Below are positions 24,647 to 34,332 of a stretch of 54,742 bases of DNA, piece by piece. The DNA is taken from positions 1-54,742 of IMG/VR virus record IMGVR_UViG_3300044299_001914; one strand, 5' to 3'. Under the pieces are notes generated by a model. That model saw nothing but the letters and a program-made list of their open reading frames with translations. It had not been told where the DNA came from and searched no databases. This DNA comes from a virus. Each line of letters begins with the position of its first letter. Position 1 is the stretch's first letter. The position numbers were made by a program, and so were the translations under genes.

Positions 24647-27600
24647 CCTAGTATGGGTCTGCCCGCTACCTGTTCAGCAAACTCAATACGCTCTTCAGAT
24701 AAAGGATCTGGTATTTGTGCTTGTGCTAGATCTGGTGACACAACCTCTGGCACTTCGGGTGTAGGTCTTAAAGGTTTTGTAAGTTCGTTTATCTGGTTAC
24801 GTATTTGGTCATACACTTTAATTCCTTCACCAGTTTGTTCTTCTACTTGCTGATCAGTAATGCCAACGGCAGTTTTTGCATCTTCAAATAATTCATCAGC
24901 AAAATCAACTGTACCTTCGACAAAAGAACCATCAACGCTTCTTACACCATACTGTCTAGCTGCTCGCTCCATAATCTGTACAGCTTGAGCTATACTGCCT
25001 GGATCGTTCTTACTTAATAGACCAACAAATCTTGGATTACTTAATGCTGTTCTCGCAATAACAAGACCTAGTAATGGTTTTAATGAAGCAAGAGGTGCAA
25101 ATACAACGGCTGCACCAAGACCTGCAGCTACCAGTCCACCAGCACTACCGCCTCTACCAATCTCTCCTGCTGTTAATATATCTACCTGCTTTTGGAAATC
25201 TCGCAAACCTCTGGTTGTTTCTTTACCGAACATAGCCTCAAGGGTTTCGTCTCCATAAGAGTTTAGAGCTGTCTCTAAATTACCAGATTTAAAAATGTCA
25301 TTGATTCTGCCATTTCCATTAAAATCAACAGATCTTTTTAATAGTTTCATCATGCTCGCTTGTTGAATACTATTGAATACATCGTCATCAACTGTTGCTT
25401 TCAGATCTTCAATAACCTTAGCATTGCCAGGTCTAAAAATAGTGTCTGTTGTTGCTTCAATACCTTTCTCTGGTAAATCAGCAATTGCACGATTAGCTCT
25501 GAATTTTAAAACTTTTTCAGATTCGTTAGCCAATTCTGTCAGGCCTCTAATAAAAGCCTTGCCTTGTGCGTTTGCATCAAGACCCTCTTTGGTGCCACTA
25601 AAATCAGCTACTAAGTCACGCAAATCTTTTGGTTTTAAGTTTGGTTGTACTCTATTTAAGTTAAATATAGTTTTTCTAACCAGCTCACCGCTGCCACCAC
25701 CTGTTTTATCTTGAAATAAAATATCAATCTTACCCTTATTTTCTAAGTCTTTATCAAACTTCATTATTTGTCTGGCAAAAGTTGTAAAGTTTATATTACG
25801 GGTTTCTCCATCTGTTGCTTTGTAAATAGCATCGTCAAAGAGCTTTTGTTTAAGTTGAGCTTTTAATTTTGCCTCTGTATTTGCAGGCTTGTTAATACTA
25901 GCTAGATACTCATCATAGTTTCTAACTGCTTTAAACAAATCTTCTAAATCTCTAGTTGAGCCACCAAGAAAAATCTTTTGATAAATGTCGTCAGGTGGAG
26001 TAGAACCAATCTTTGCGTTTGATATAATTTTTTGTATATTCAAGTTATCAAACGGTTGCATCCTTTGAGCGTTTAATAAATTAATTTTTCTTAGTTCTTT
26101 TAATGAATTGTTTATTACATCTGCTTGTTGCTTTGTTACAGATATCCCTTGTCTTTTTAATCGTATGTTTAGATCAGCAAAGGTTTTTTTGCCAAGATCT
26201 GTCATTATACTTCTTCTAGTATCAGAGCCAGTGGAGTCAATCAATCTTTTTAAATCAATCAACAGCTCCCTTTGTGGTGATGGTAATGGACTTTCTTTAA
26301 TATATATATCTAAATCTTTTGCAAAGTTACGCAATTGAAAAAGGCTTACACCTTCTCCTGCTGTAATTGCTTCTGCACCTGTTTTGTTGTATAAATCTAA
26401 AAACTTCTTCTCAACCTGTTCTAATGTCGTGCCACGTACTAATGGGTCTTGAATACTTAGATTGTAACCAGGAAAGTCGTCTTTAAAAGTTTTAATACGC
26501 AACAAGCCTTTTTCAAAGTATTCATTTGCTGTCGTGTTAATTGCGGCGTTTATTGCGTTTGCCACATCTTTTGCTTGACCTGTTTTTAAAACAAAATCTG
26601 GTTTTACACCTGGTATTGGCGATCTACCAACAGGTTGCAAGTCGCCCACATCATCTGGTTCGAGCTTATAAATACTACGCATATCTTTCATTAGGTTGTC
26701 GACTTTTTGATACTTTAGACCCATCTCTTTAGTAACAAAAGCACGGGCTGTAGATACTGTGTTTTTTATGCTGTCACCAAAGTCTTTTCTGCTAGGTATG
26801 TGGCCATAATTACCTATTTGCAGTGCATCTTCTGTGACATCTTTAAGTAATTTATCTAAACGATTGGTCACATCGGATTCAGCACTTCTGAGTGCTTGTA
26901 GTTTTTCGTCAATAGATTTATCTAATCTGCCTTTTTGTGCTGATGATATATATGAATCAAGAGCTGATCTTTCACTCTTAATACCCCTAAGAAGGTAATT
27001 TAGTTCTGCGAATAAATAACTAGCATTAGCCTTATCTCTGTTGTTACCTAATACTTGTTCAGCGATACTTTGTGCTCTACCAGGCAACATTCTTTCTAAC
27101 GATTGTTGTGCAGGTATAGCACCAGCAGATTTATCCATCTTCCAATCAAATCTCTTTACTTTACCTTTTTTAATAGCGTCTTTAATTTGCCTTTCTGTTG
27201 CCTCTTTACCTAGCTCCCTATCAAGTTTCATAATGTCGGTTACAGATCTATTTTGGTTTTGGTTAAACAAAACTCTAGAATCAGAAGGTTGTACTCTTTT
27301 CCCTAAGAAGGTTTGGTAAATCTTAAATACACCTTCTCCAAGCCCTTGAGCTAATGATCCAAAGACAAACTCTTGTTTGTATAAATCATTAATTTCATCT
27401 CTTTCTTGCAACTGAAAACCCTCAACAGTTTCGACCACTTCCTCTTCAGCTGCCTTACCTGCTGCACTACCTACACCAGCAGTAAGCATACGTCCTAATA
27501 CCGCATTGTTACCCATAAGTCTTGTCATGCCCTTGAGTATTCTAGTTTGTGGAATAAAACCTGTTATTGTACCTAGTATAGGCCCTGCGACTCCAGCAAG

Positions 27601-28074
27601 ATCGGATAAATCGCCAGTTCGTAAATTAAAATCGTTTTCATCTATTATGGTGTTGAGTTTTATTTTAGAACCATCTGAGAGAGTGCGTTCTTTAATTAAA
27701 TTTTGTAGACCAAGTTGACGCATGCCATAGGGTGTTAATGCCATTTGTCCTTTAGTATTTCTTATAAATCCTTGTTCTCCTACCTCATTTACTAACTTGT
27801 TTTCTTGTCCTATCGGCTCATTCTGTGCACGAACTTCATCAAAAATATTTTGTATAGCTTTATTTTGTTCTTCAGTAGTTTCTGCTAGAGCTAAATTTCT
27901 TCTTAGTCTTTTATTATCAACTCCTGTTTCATAGTCAAAGAAGAGTTCATCATAAAATGGTGACAATGCACCTTGAGCTATAAGTGCTTTTACCTTTTTT
28001 CTTGCTTCATCAGCGTTTTTTGCCTCTACAGTTTCAGTAACTCCAGGAGAAATTTCAACTTCAAATATTTCCAT
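24643..28074 (-). CDS. Large virion-associated / internal (ejection-type) protein candidate (1143 aa)
   Basis: Last and largest gene of the late operon, with a 1-nt overlap to the upstream gene. No catalytic motif recognised. The call rests on size and position only. Confidence 0.4.
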   Translation of the reverse strand: MEIFEVEISPGVTETVEAKNADEARKKVKALIAQGALSPFYDELFFDYETGVDNKRLRRNLALAETTEEQNKAIQNIFDEVRAQNEPIGQENKLVNEVGEQGFIRNTKGQMALTPYGMRQLGLQNLIKERTLSDGSKIKLNTIIDENDFNLRTGDLSDLAGVAGPILGTITGFIPQTRILKGMTRLMGNNAVLGRMLTAGVGSAAGKAAEEEVVETVEGFQLQERDEINDLYKQEFVFGSLAQGLGEGVFKIYQTFLGKRVQPSDSRVLFNQNQNRSVTDIMKLDRELGKEATERQIKDAIKKGKVKRFDWKMDKSAGAIPAQQSLERMLPGRAQSIAEQVLGNNRDKANASYLFAELNYLLRGIKSERSALDSYISSAQKGRLDKSIDEKLQALRSAESDVTNRLDKLLKDVTEDALQIGNYGHIPSRKDFGDSIKNTVSTARAFVTKEMGLKYQKVDNLMKDMRSIYKLEPDDVGDLQPVGRSPIPGVKPDFVLKTGQAKDVANAINAAINTTANEYFEKGLLRIKTFKDDFPGYNLSIQDPLVRGTTLEQVEKKFLDLYNKTGAEAITAGEGVSLFQLRNFAKDLDIYIKESPLPSPQRELLIDLKRLIDSTGSDTRRSIMTDLGKKTFADLNIRLKRQGISVTKQQADVINNSLKELRKINLLNAQRMQPFDNLNIQKIISNAKIGSTPPDDIYQKIFLGGSTRDLEDLFKAVRNYDEYLASINKPANTEAKLKAQLKQKLFDDAIYKATDGETRNINFTTFARQIMKFDKDLENKGKIDILFQDKTGGGSGELVRKTIFNLNRVQPNLKPKDLRDLVADFSGTKEGLDANAQGKAFIRGLTELANESEKVLKFRANRAIADLPEKGIEATTDTIFRPGNAKVIEDLKATVDDDVFNSIQQASMMKLLKRSVDFNGNGRINDIFKSGNLETALNSYGDETLEAMFGKETTRGLRDFQKQVDILTAGEIGRGGSAGGLVAAGLGAAVVFAPLASLKPLLGLVIARTALSNPRFVGLLSKNDPGSIAQAVQIMERAARQYGVRSVDGSFVEGTVDFADELFEDAKTAVGITDQQVEEQTGEGIKVYDQIRNQINELTKPLRPTPEVPEVVSPDLAQAQIPDPLSEERIEFAEQVAGRPILG

Positions 28075-30074
28075 TAGCTGCCTGTTGTTGTAGCGTTAGG
28101 ATTCAAGGTAATTTTATTAATCCTACCAGGTCGTGACTTAGTAGAAGTTACGAAATCATTTGCGTACGGGTTGCCTGCAAGCTCACCTGTTTCCATGTAA
28201 TCTATAAGGTCGTCATTTTGTATTAAACTCATATCACCATAGTTTTCCATACCAATATAGTTGGATTTCAGTCTCGCTATGGCTCCAGACATGTTTGTTA
28301 AAATACCCTCTCTTGTTAATCTTAACGCTTCAAGTGCTTCAGCATCTGTTTTAAAGAACTGTAAACTTCCTACTAATTCGTCAACAATCTGTCTATCTAA
28401 GTTTGAAATAGTTTTACCTGACTCACCAAGAATATCTCTAATATTTTTTTGTTTTATTTGGTTAAGCAACACTTTGGCTCTTACTCTTGGACTCAACTCA
28501 TTCCATCCTTTACCCTCAGGATCTGGTTGACCATCAGTGTTAAAAACAGCGCCCGCTTTGTCAAATATCTCTTGGATAACAGCTCTAGCAGATGTCGTAT
28601 CTTCGTTTAATATTATTTCTTCAACTCTACCAACAATTTCTAATGTGTTATTTCCACTAACCACCTCATTGTAATCTGCATTTATTTGCCCAGCTAAATC
28701 TATATTTTCTTTTGGTTTTAATTTTTCTTTTGCCCCTGCAGCAATTTCTGCTAACTTAATCTCTCTTTGTCTTTCAGCTTCTGCTATATCACGGGCAGCT
28801 CTTTCCTCAGCTGCTTTGGCAGCACCAAGCACAAGACCTGGGCCAAATTGTCCAGTTTCAGACAAACCTGCACCAACATTTCTAATAAAATCAAGAAACC
28901 TATCTGTGCCAAAGAATCCAGGTGTATTAAGTTTCTTTTGTGTAGCATTTCTAGCTATATTAGGATCACCTTTTTCTTCTTGTTCAGCTGCAACAGATGC
29001 AATGAGATCTTCTGCATTTTGTGCAGGTAATAACTCTTCGTTTATCAGTGCATCAGCATCTGGTATATTCATATTAGCTATTTCAGTTTTTAATTCATCA
29101 GGTGACAAACCTTCAAACTTTGTTTCAATACCAAGTTTTGTGTCTTCTTCGGTTATATCTAAGTTTACTAACGGTGGTTGAATGTCATTCAACAAGCTTG
29201 TTATCTCATCGACATCAACATCTTTTGGTCTTTGTACATCCTCAGTATCAAATCTTGCTTCCAAATCTTGTCTTTGTCCAGATAGCTCATCAAGTGTCGT
29301 AGATATTTCGTCTATATTAAGCCTAGTATTAAATGGATCGATGTCGCTAGTGATGTCTTTTACAGGACGCATACCCACTTCTTCTGGTCTAATGTCTGGG
29401 TTTGCACGCAGATATGCTTGATCTTCAGGACTATACTGTTGCAACATTTGTTCTCTAGCAAAATTTCCATCACTTACTTTAAGACCCATATCGTCTTGAC
29501 GAAAATCAAAACTTGTTGGCTCAGGTAAAGGAAAATCAAGTTGTGAAACATCAGGTTGTTTTTCTTCTTCCTCTTCGACAATCCTACGCATCATAAACCT
29601 AGCACGGTCTTCATCTGTAGGTATATAAGACTCATCTCTTGGTATTGTCAAACCTCCTAAACCAACTTCAACTGGATCTGCAATATCTTTGAGTGCTTGA
29701 CCTATGCCGAGTCTGTCTTCGCCTATCACTTGACCTGCTAAGCCTGCAGTTTGTCTTACAGCAGGCTCAAGAAACCTAGCAGTTCTCAGAACAGCATCAG
29801 CCACGTTTGTGCCGATATCTTCTCCCAACTGAAAAGGCCCAAGTTTCGGAGCATCTTTTTTCTGAAAATCCTCTAATATTCTTTGTACTGCATCACCTTT
29901 TTCCAAACTATCATCATATAAAATTTTATATGGATTGAATCCAAAGGTATTTATAAAATCAGGCTTTATATTGTAAACTTCACCTGTTTTTCTATCTCGT
30001 ATTTGAAAGTCGCCTAGACCTTGATCTTCAGCTTGACCACCAATACGGAACATTTTTCTGTTAAGAAAATTCAC
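28074..30074 (-). CDS. Large virion-associated protein candidate (666 aa)
   Basis: Long ORF translationally coupled on both sides. Acidic and helical in composition. Confidence 0.4.
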   Translation of the reverse strand: MNFLNRKMFRIGGQAEDQGLGDFQIRDRKTGEVYNIKPDFINTFGFNPYKILYDDSLEKGDAVQRILEDFQKKDAPKLGPFQLGEDIGTNVADAVLRTARFLEPAVRQTAGLAGQVIGEDRLGIGQALKDIADPVEVGLGGLTIPRDESYIPTDEDRARFMMRRIVEEEEEKQPDVSQLDFPLPEPTSFDFRQDDMGLKVSDGNFAREQMLQQYSPEDQAYLRANPDIRPEEVGMRPVKDITSDIDPFNTRLNIDEISTTLDELSGQRQDLEARFDTEDVQRPKDVDVDEITSLLNDIQPPLVNLDITEEDTKLGIETKFEGLSPDELKTEIANMNIPDADALINEELLPAQNAEDLIASVAAEQEEKGDPNIARNATQKKLNTPGFFGTDRFLDFIRNVGAGLSETGQFGPGLVLGAAKAAEERAARDIAEAERQREIKLAEIAAGAKEKLKPKENIDLAGQINADYNEVVSGNNTLEIVGRVEEIILNEDTTSARAVIQEIFDKAGAVFNTDGQPDPEGKGWNELSPRVRAKVLLNQIKQKNIRDILGESGKTISNLDRQIVDELVGSLQFFKTDAEALEALRLTREGILTNMSGAIARLKSNYIGMENYGDMSLIQNDDLIDYMETGELAGNPYANDFVTSTKSRPGRINKITLNPNATTTGS

Positions 30075-32176
30075 TAGCTTGTTCCTTGTCTAGGAGCAAG
30101 AGCACCATAAGCACTAAATGCAGCACCTAGACCAGCGGCAGTAGGATCAGTAGGCATACCATATTGAGAATCAATTTGTGTTCTTGATCCTTGATAACCA
30201 GGTAACATTCCTGCAAGCTGAGCCAACACTTGTAATGGTCTGAGTTGTTGTCCTAATTGTTGTTCATATAATCTTTGCAACCCTGTCTCAGCAATTCCTC
30301 TACCTATACTACCGAAGCCTGCTAGTTCACCTCTTTGTCCTGCTCGAAGCTGTTCTTGTGTTCTTCCAAGATCTGTCATCTGTCCACCAAATCCAGCTAA
30401 TCTTTGAGCTAAGGCACCTGCGGCACTGCCTCGACCTGTGCCAATTCCTAGTAAGCCTTGTGCTGCAAGTCTCCTTGCTTGTTGTTGTCTTGCAAATTCA
30501 CTGAGTCCAGTTCTTTGTGCCTCACTAAATCCTCTTTGTCTAATATTACCAAGAGCTTGTGCTAAACCCTCTCCAAGAGCTTCTCTACGCTCCATAGCAC
30601 CAAGTCTAGCTCTACTGCCACCAAATGCACCAGAACCAATTTCTCTAGCTCTTGCAGCTATATCCTGTTGTTCACCTGCCTCAAACACATCATCAATAGT
30701 TCGTTGCACTACCGCATCTTCAAATGGGTTGTAAAACTGTTGTGTCATACTAGGATCATAAGCACCCATGGTATTTTGAAATATTTCTTCAGCTTGAGAG
30801 TAATAAGGATCTTGTAAAGCCTCAGCTCGTCTAGATTGCTGAATAGCTTGATTTATTAACCTTCTGTTTTGTTGTAAAAATGGTTCAAAACCACCAAGGC
30901 CTGCAACTGCTTGTTGTCTTGCTAATAATTCTAATGGTGAAAGTCCTGCAGTTTGTTGTAATGGGACATCACTTCCTATTAAATTAGCACCAGCTTGTTG
31001 TAATTGATTAAAGAAGCCAGGTTGATCTGCAGTGCCAAAATATAAAGATCTCAGTAAAGGATCTCCTAAAACTTCAGAAGCTTGTTGATTTAACAACACA
31101 GGATCTATTGCTCCTTGCGTCATTTGTGCCTGCATCGAATCTGTTGTACCAGTAGTAGTTGCTGTAACTGTGGGATCTGTTGCACCAGCTGTTGCACCAG
31201 TAGCAGTTGCCATCCCTGTTGTATCATCAGCAGGTTGTGAAGTGCCTACACCAGTATTACTAAATCCAGGTGCACCAGCTAAGGGATTACCACCTGTTAC
31301 ATCAAATCCAGGAGTGCCACCTGCAACAACTTGGTCTCCACCTCCGATTGGCATAAGTGATGGTGGTCTTACTCCTACGCTTAAAGAGCCTCCGCCTGGA
31401 GTTGGAAACTCTTTGTAGGTGCCTCCACCTGGACCTCCGATTGACATTGGAGGTTGTGGTCTACTTCCTGGTGGACGAAGACCAAGGCCTGGTCTTTGTA
31501 TGCCTGTGTACGGTCTTAAAACTGATGTTGGGTTTGATGGAGTTGGAGTAGCAGAGAATATTGTGCCATCTGGTCCCACAGGTGGACGAGCCAACTCATT
31601 TGAAAAATTAGGTCGGCGTGGTGGTACAGGTAATGGTCTTGCTGTTGGCAACTCGTTCGTATCTGGTGGTGTAAAAGGTATTGATGGACCAACAGGCAAA
31701 GCAGAAACTATATCGTCTGCTTGTGGAAGACCAGTTTCATATTTAGGCATGGGTAAACCAACAGGTCTGCCAATAACACCTGTTTCCCTCTCTAAAGTTT
31801 GTGGAGGTGCTACGGGTAAGGCAACGGGCCCTCCTTGTATTAACCCAGCTCCTCCCATCGGTGGTGTAAATGGTGGCCTACCTATGTTTGTTGGTGGAGC
31901 CACTGGTCTACCTATGGCAAAGCCTGGATTATTTCTATCAAATTCACTTGGACCACCTATCGGCATCCTAGCTCGAGCATCTCCAACTGGCATCCTAGCT
32001 AGAGGATTTCCAAACATGCCACCACTAGGCCCACCTATTGATATAGGTGGTGTTGGTCTGCCTCTTACTGGTCCTCTAAAAGGTACACCTCTACCCACAG
32101 GTAAAGCTCTTGAAATACCACCGCCTCTAGCAGGAGTTGATTTCGCTATTCCAGATAGTCTTTTGAATAAACTCAT
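30074..32176 (-). CDS. Pro/Gly-rich virion protein candidate (700 aa)
   Basis: The N-terminal ~300 aa are dominated by degenerate P/G/R motifs (IGGPSGG, IGRPVAPP, MPIGGPS, PPMSIGGPGGG). The C-terminal half is Q/A/G/L/R-rich. Confidence 0.45.
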   Translation of the reverse strand: MSLFKRLSGIAKSTPARGGGISRALPVGRGVPFRGPVRGRPTPPISIGGPSGGMFGNPLARMPVGDARARMPIGGPSEFDRNNPGFAIGRPVAPPTNIGRPPFTPPMGGAGLIQGGPVALPVAPPQTLERETGVIGRPVGLPMPKYETGLPQADDIVSALPVGPSIPFTPPDTNELPTARPLPVPPRRPNFSNELARPPVGPDGTIFSATPTPSNPTSVLRPYTGIQRPGLGLRPPGSRPQPPMSIGGPGGGTYKEFPTPGGGSLSVGVRPPSLMPIGGGDQVVAGGTPGFDVTGGNPLAGAPGFSNTGVGTSQPADDTTGMATATGATAGATDPTVTATTTGTTDSMQAQMTQGAIDPVLLNQQASEVLGDPLLRSLYFGTADQPGFFNQLQQAGANLIGSDVPLQQTAGLSPLELLARQQAVAGLGGFEPFLQQNRRLINQAIQQSRRAEALQDPYYSQAEEIFQNTMGAYDPSMTQQFYNPFEDAVVQRTIDDVFEAGEQQDIAARAREIGSGAFGGSRARLGAMERREALGEGLAQALGNIRQRGFSEAQRTGLSEFARQQQARRLAAQGLLGIGTGRGSAAGALAQRLAGFGGQMTDLGRTQEQLRAGQRGELAGFGSIGRGIAETGLQRLYEQQLGQQLRPLQVLAQLAGMLPGYQGSRTQIDSQYGMPTDPTAAGLGAAFSAYGALAPRQGTS

Positions 32177-33300
32177 TACACTCTCCCAATATCGTTATAT
32201 TGCTCAAACATCTTCATAAGTCTGTCCATGTTTTTTGCGCCCTTTTGTCTGTCAGGTTTACCACTTGGCATTATTTCAATACCAGTTTCTGTTTTGGTTA
32301 CCTTAAATCCACCTAAGCCATTGTTAGCTGCAGATGTCATAACAAACTCTCCATCACTGAGCATGGCAGGTATGTCATCACTTGTGCCTGTACCAGGGCC
32401 TATTGATGGGCCACCCATACGCATATCTAATTCTTGTAATCCACCCATGGCTGCAGGTTTTCTAATACCTAGATCGAAACCTTGAAAGGTTGGCTGTGGC
32501 ATAAGATCTGGTCTGATTGATTGTCTGATATCTTTAAGTCCACCCTCTTTCTCTTTAAAATCTTCTTTGACCGCTTTGCCGTACAATGCAGCTAGAGCCA
32601 TCAGACCAGCGTTGCCACCAAATCCACCGCCATCTCCTCTGCCAAAAAAGTCACCTATTTTTCCAGGCAATGTGGCTGATCCTTGTTCTGCTTCAGCTTT
32701 AGCAATTGCAGCAGCTTTTTCTTCATCTGTCATAGCTTGTATTTCTGCATCTGTATAACCATATTGCTCTAAAGCAGCAGATCGACCACCAAATCCAAAC
32801 TGATCACCAATAGTTTTTATAAATTGTGGCGTGCTTCCAACATCATCTGGATCTCTTTTAAATAAATTTCCTGCTATTCCTTTAAGACCTTCTCTAAATT
32901 TGCCGCTTGCTCCAAAAAATTTACCTGAAGTTGCTTTACTTGCACCTTTACCTAATATCTTACCTAATGGTCCAGCTCCACCTATGCCAGCAATGCCGAG
33001 TCCGACTGCAGCTATAGGTGCAACTTTTTTAACTACTTTTTTGAGACTTTTACCTAATTTTTTTAGAAATCCAAACTCAGCCATACCTGTAATTGGATTA
33101 ATTGACATACCTTGACCTACAGTATATTCATTCGGATCAAGCCCTACAGCCATCATTTCTTGTTGTATTATTTGTTGGGTTTGTGGAGAAATAACTGGTG
33201 GTACTACCATCTCCCCTGGTGCTACATGGGCAAGCATTGTATCTTCCCCTCTGCCTAGACCTGCTATACCGCCTGGATTATTCATTTCATTCATGCTCAA
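32176..33300 (-). CDS. Gly-rich virion protein candidate (374 aa)
   Basis: GEDTMLAHVAPGEMVVPP near the N-terminus and long G/A/K-rich low-complexity stretches. Confidence 0.4.
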   Translation of the reverse strand: MSMNEMNNPGGIAGLGRGEDTMLAHVAPGEMVVPPVISPQTQQIIQQEMMAVGLDPNEYTVGQGMSINPITGMAEFGFLKKLGKSLKKVVKKVAPIAAVGLGIAGIGGAGPLGKILGKGASKATSGKFFGASGKFREGLKGIAGNLFKRDPDDVGSTPQFIKTIGDQFGFGGRSAALEQYGYTDAEIQAMTDEEKAAAIAKAEAEQGSATLPGKIGDFFGRGDGGGFGGNAGLMALAALYGKAVKEDFKEKEGGLKDIRQSIRPDLMPQPTFQGFDLGIRKPAAMGGLQELDMRMGGPSIGPGTGTSDDIPAMLSDGEFVMTSAANNGLGGFKVTKTETGIEIMPSGKPDRQKGAKNMDRLMKMFEQYNDIGRV

Positions 33301-33301
33301 A

Positions 33302-34009
33302 TCATTCCTCGTTACATGTTAACCAAAATACCAAAAGGTATCTATCTCCTGATTCTACTGCTAGCCCTCTATGCATATGCGTAAAACTAGGAAAAATTAG
33401 AGCGTGGCCTGTAGGTAATGGCTCGACTGTACCACGTTTTAAAAACTCAGTTCCGCCACCTTTGTACTCCCCCGTGTTCAAAGGAACTACCATACTTATA
33501 TCAGCACTTGCATCATGATGCCAAGCACCTTGTTTTTTATCCTTTAAATTATAATTAGCTATTTGGATTCCGCCCCCATCTACATGCCTATTCCAAATAT
33601 TTAAAAATATAGGATTTCCAATAGTATATATCGTTTGCATTAAAGATTGAAATATTTGTGGACAATTATCTTGAAACGTTATTTCTGGTATTTGTCGTAG
33701 ATCATCCTCTTCTGGGTTAGGATTAAAGCCAAAATGTGTTTCCAAATGTTTCATTTCATCCATTAATATCTGACAAAACTTCTCTGAAAAAAAAGGCACG
33801 GTGTAAACATCCTTTAATGGTTCTTCTATAATTTTGTCTAAAGGTGTTGATTTTGGCGACTTTGTGCCACTTTCTTGGTAAAAATCTACTATTGGGTTTA
33901 TAGAGTCTTTTACTGCAGCAAAAGTTTCTTTGTTTATATACCAATCACTTGGATAGGTGAGTAGTAGGTTTTTTGGTTGATAAATAAGGTTTTCAGCTAC
34001 GTTTATCAT
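33302..34009 (-). CDS. 2OG-Fe(II) oxygenase (prolyl-4-hydroxylase-like)
   Basis: Facial-triad-like WHHDASAD (HxD) ... FPSFTHMHRG (distal His) ... GDRYLLVFW (Arg/Lys for 2OG), the standard P4H/2OG-FeII_Oxy layout. Confidence 0.7.
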   Translation of the reverse strand: MINVAENLIYQPKNLLLTYPSDWYINKETFAAVKDSINPIVDFYQESGTKSPKSTPLDKIIEEPLKDVYTVPFFSEKFCQILMDEMKHLETHFGFNPNPEEDDLRQIPEITFQDNCPQIFQSLMQTIYTIGNPIFLNIWNRHVDGGGIQIANYNLKDKKQGAWHHDASADISMVVPLNTGEYKGGGTEFLKRGTVEPLPTGHALIFPSFTHMHRGLAVESGDRYLLVFWLTCNEE

Positions 34010-34332
34010 AACTCTATGGTTGTTGCTCCTGCTATCTTGATAGTTACTGTGCCAACCTCTGATGTCATCTCAAAACCCTTAGCTAAGGTTCTATCGCCTA
34101 TATCTACCCATTTGTTACCTGTGTAGACTTGTAAAACACCAATTGTGGTATTCCAAACAATACTACCTGCATTAAACTGTAAGGTGTTTTTTTCTGCGTC
34201 AGATATCTGCCTAACATTATCAAGATCCACTGCACCAAGATTAATTTCTAAAATACGGACTAATCTATTAAAAATATCAGAGGAAACGGTGTCAGTAGCT
34301 AGTGGTAGCTGAGTTTGTAAAATCTTACTCAT
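34006..34332 (-). CDS. Small tail-associated protein (108 aa)
   Basis: ORF with ATGA coupling on both sides. LQFNAGSIVWNTTIGVLQVYTGNKWVDIG resembles fibre or neck-whisker beta motifs. Confidence 0.35.
   Translation of the reverse strand: MSKILQTQLPLATDTVSSDIFNRLVRILEINLGAVDLDNVRQISDAEKNTLQFNAGSIVWNTTIGVLQVYTGNKWVDIGDRTLAKGFEMTSEVGTVTIKIAGATTIEL

Noticed and set aside
30074-32176. Collagen-like triple-helix protein
   Set aside because: The Pro/Gly-rich region lacks a sustained G-X-Y triplet periodicity. The motifs are irregular (IGGPSGG, IGRPVAPP).
31419-32219. 266-aa plus-strand ORF, with similar long antisense ORFs at 46824..47435, 45837..46280, 28816..29181 and 25373..25714
   Set aside because: These lie wholly antisense to long, well-supported minus-strand genes. 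They have low-complexity P/G/S/L composition mirroring the sense frame and no RBS. They are typical shadow ORFs.
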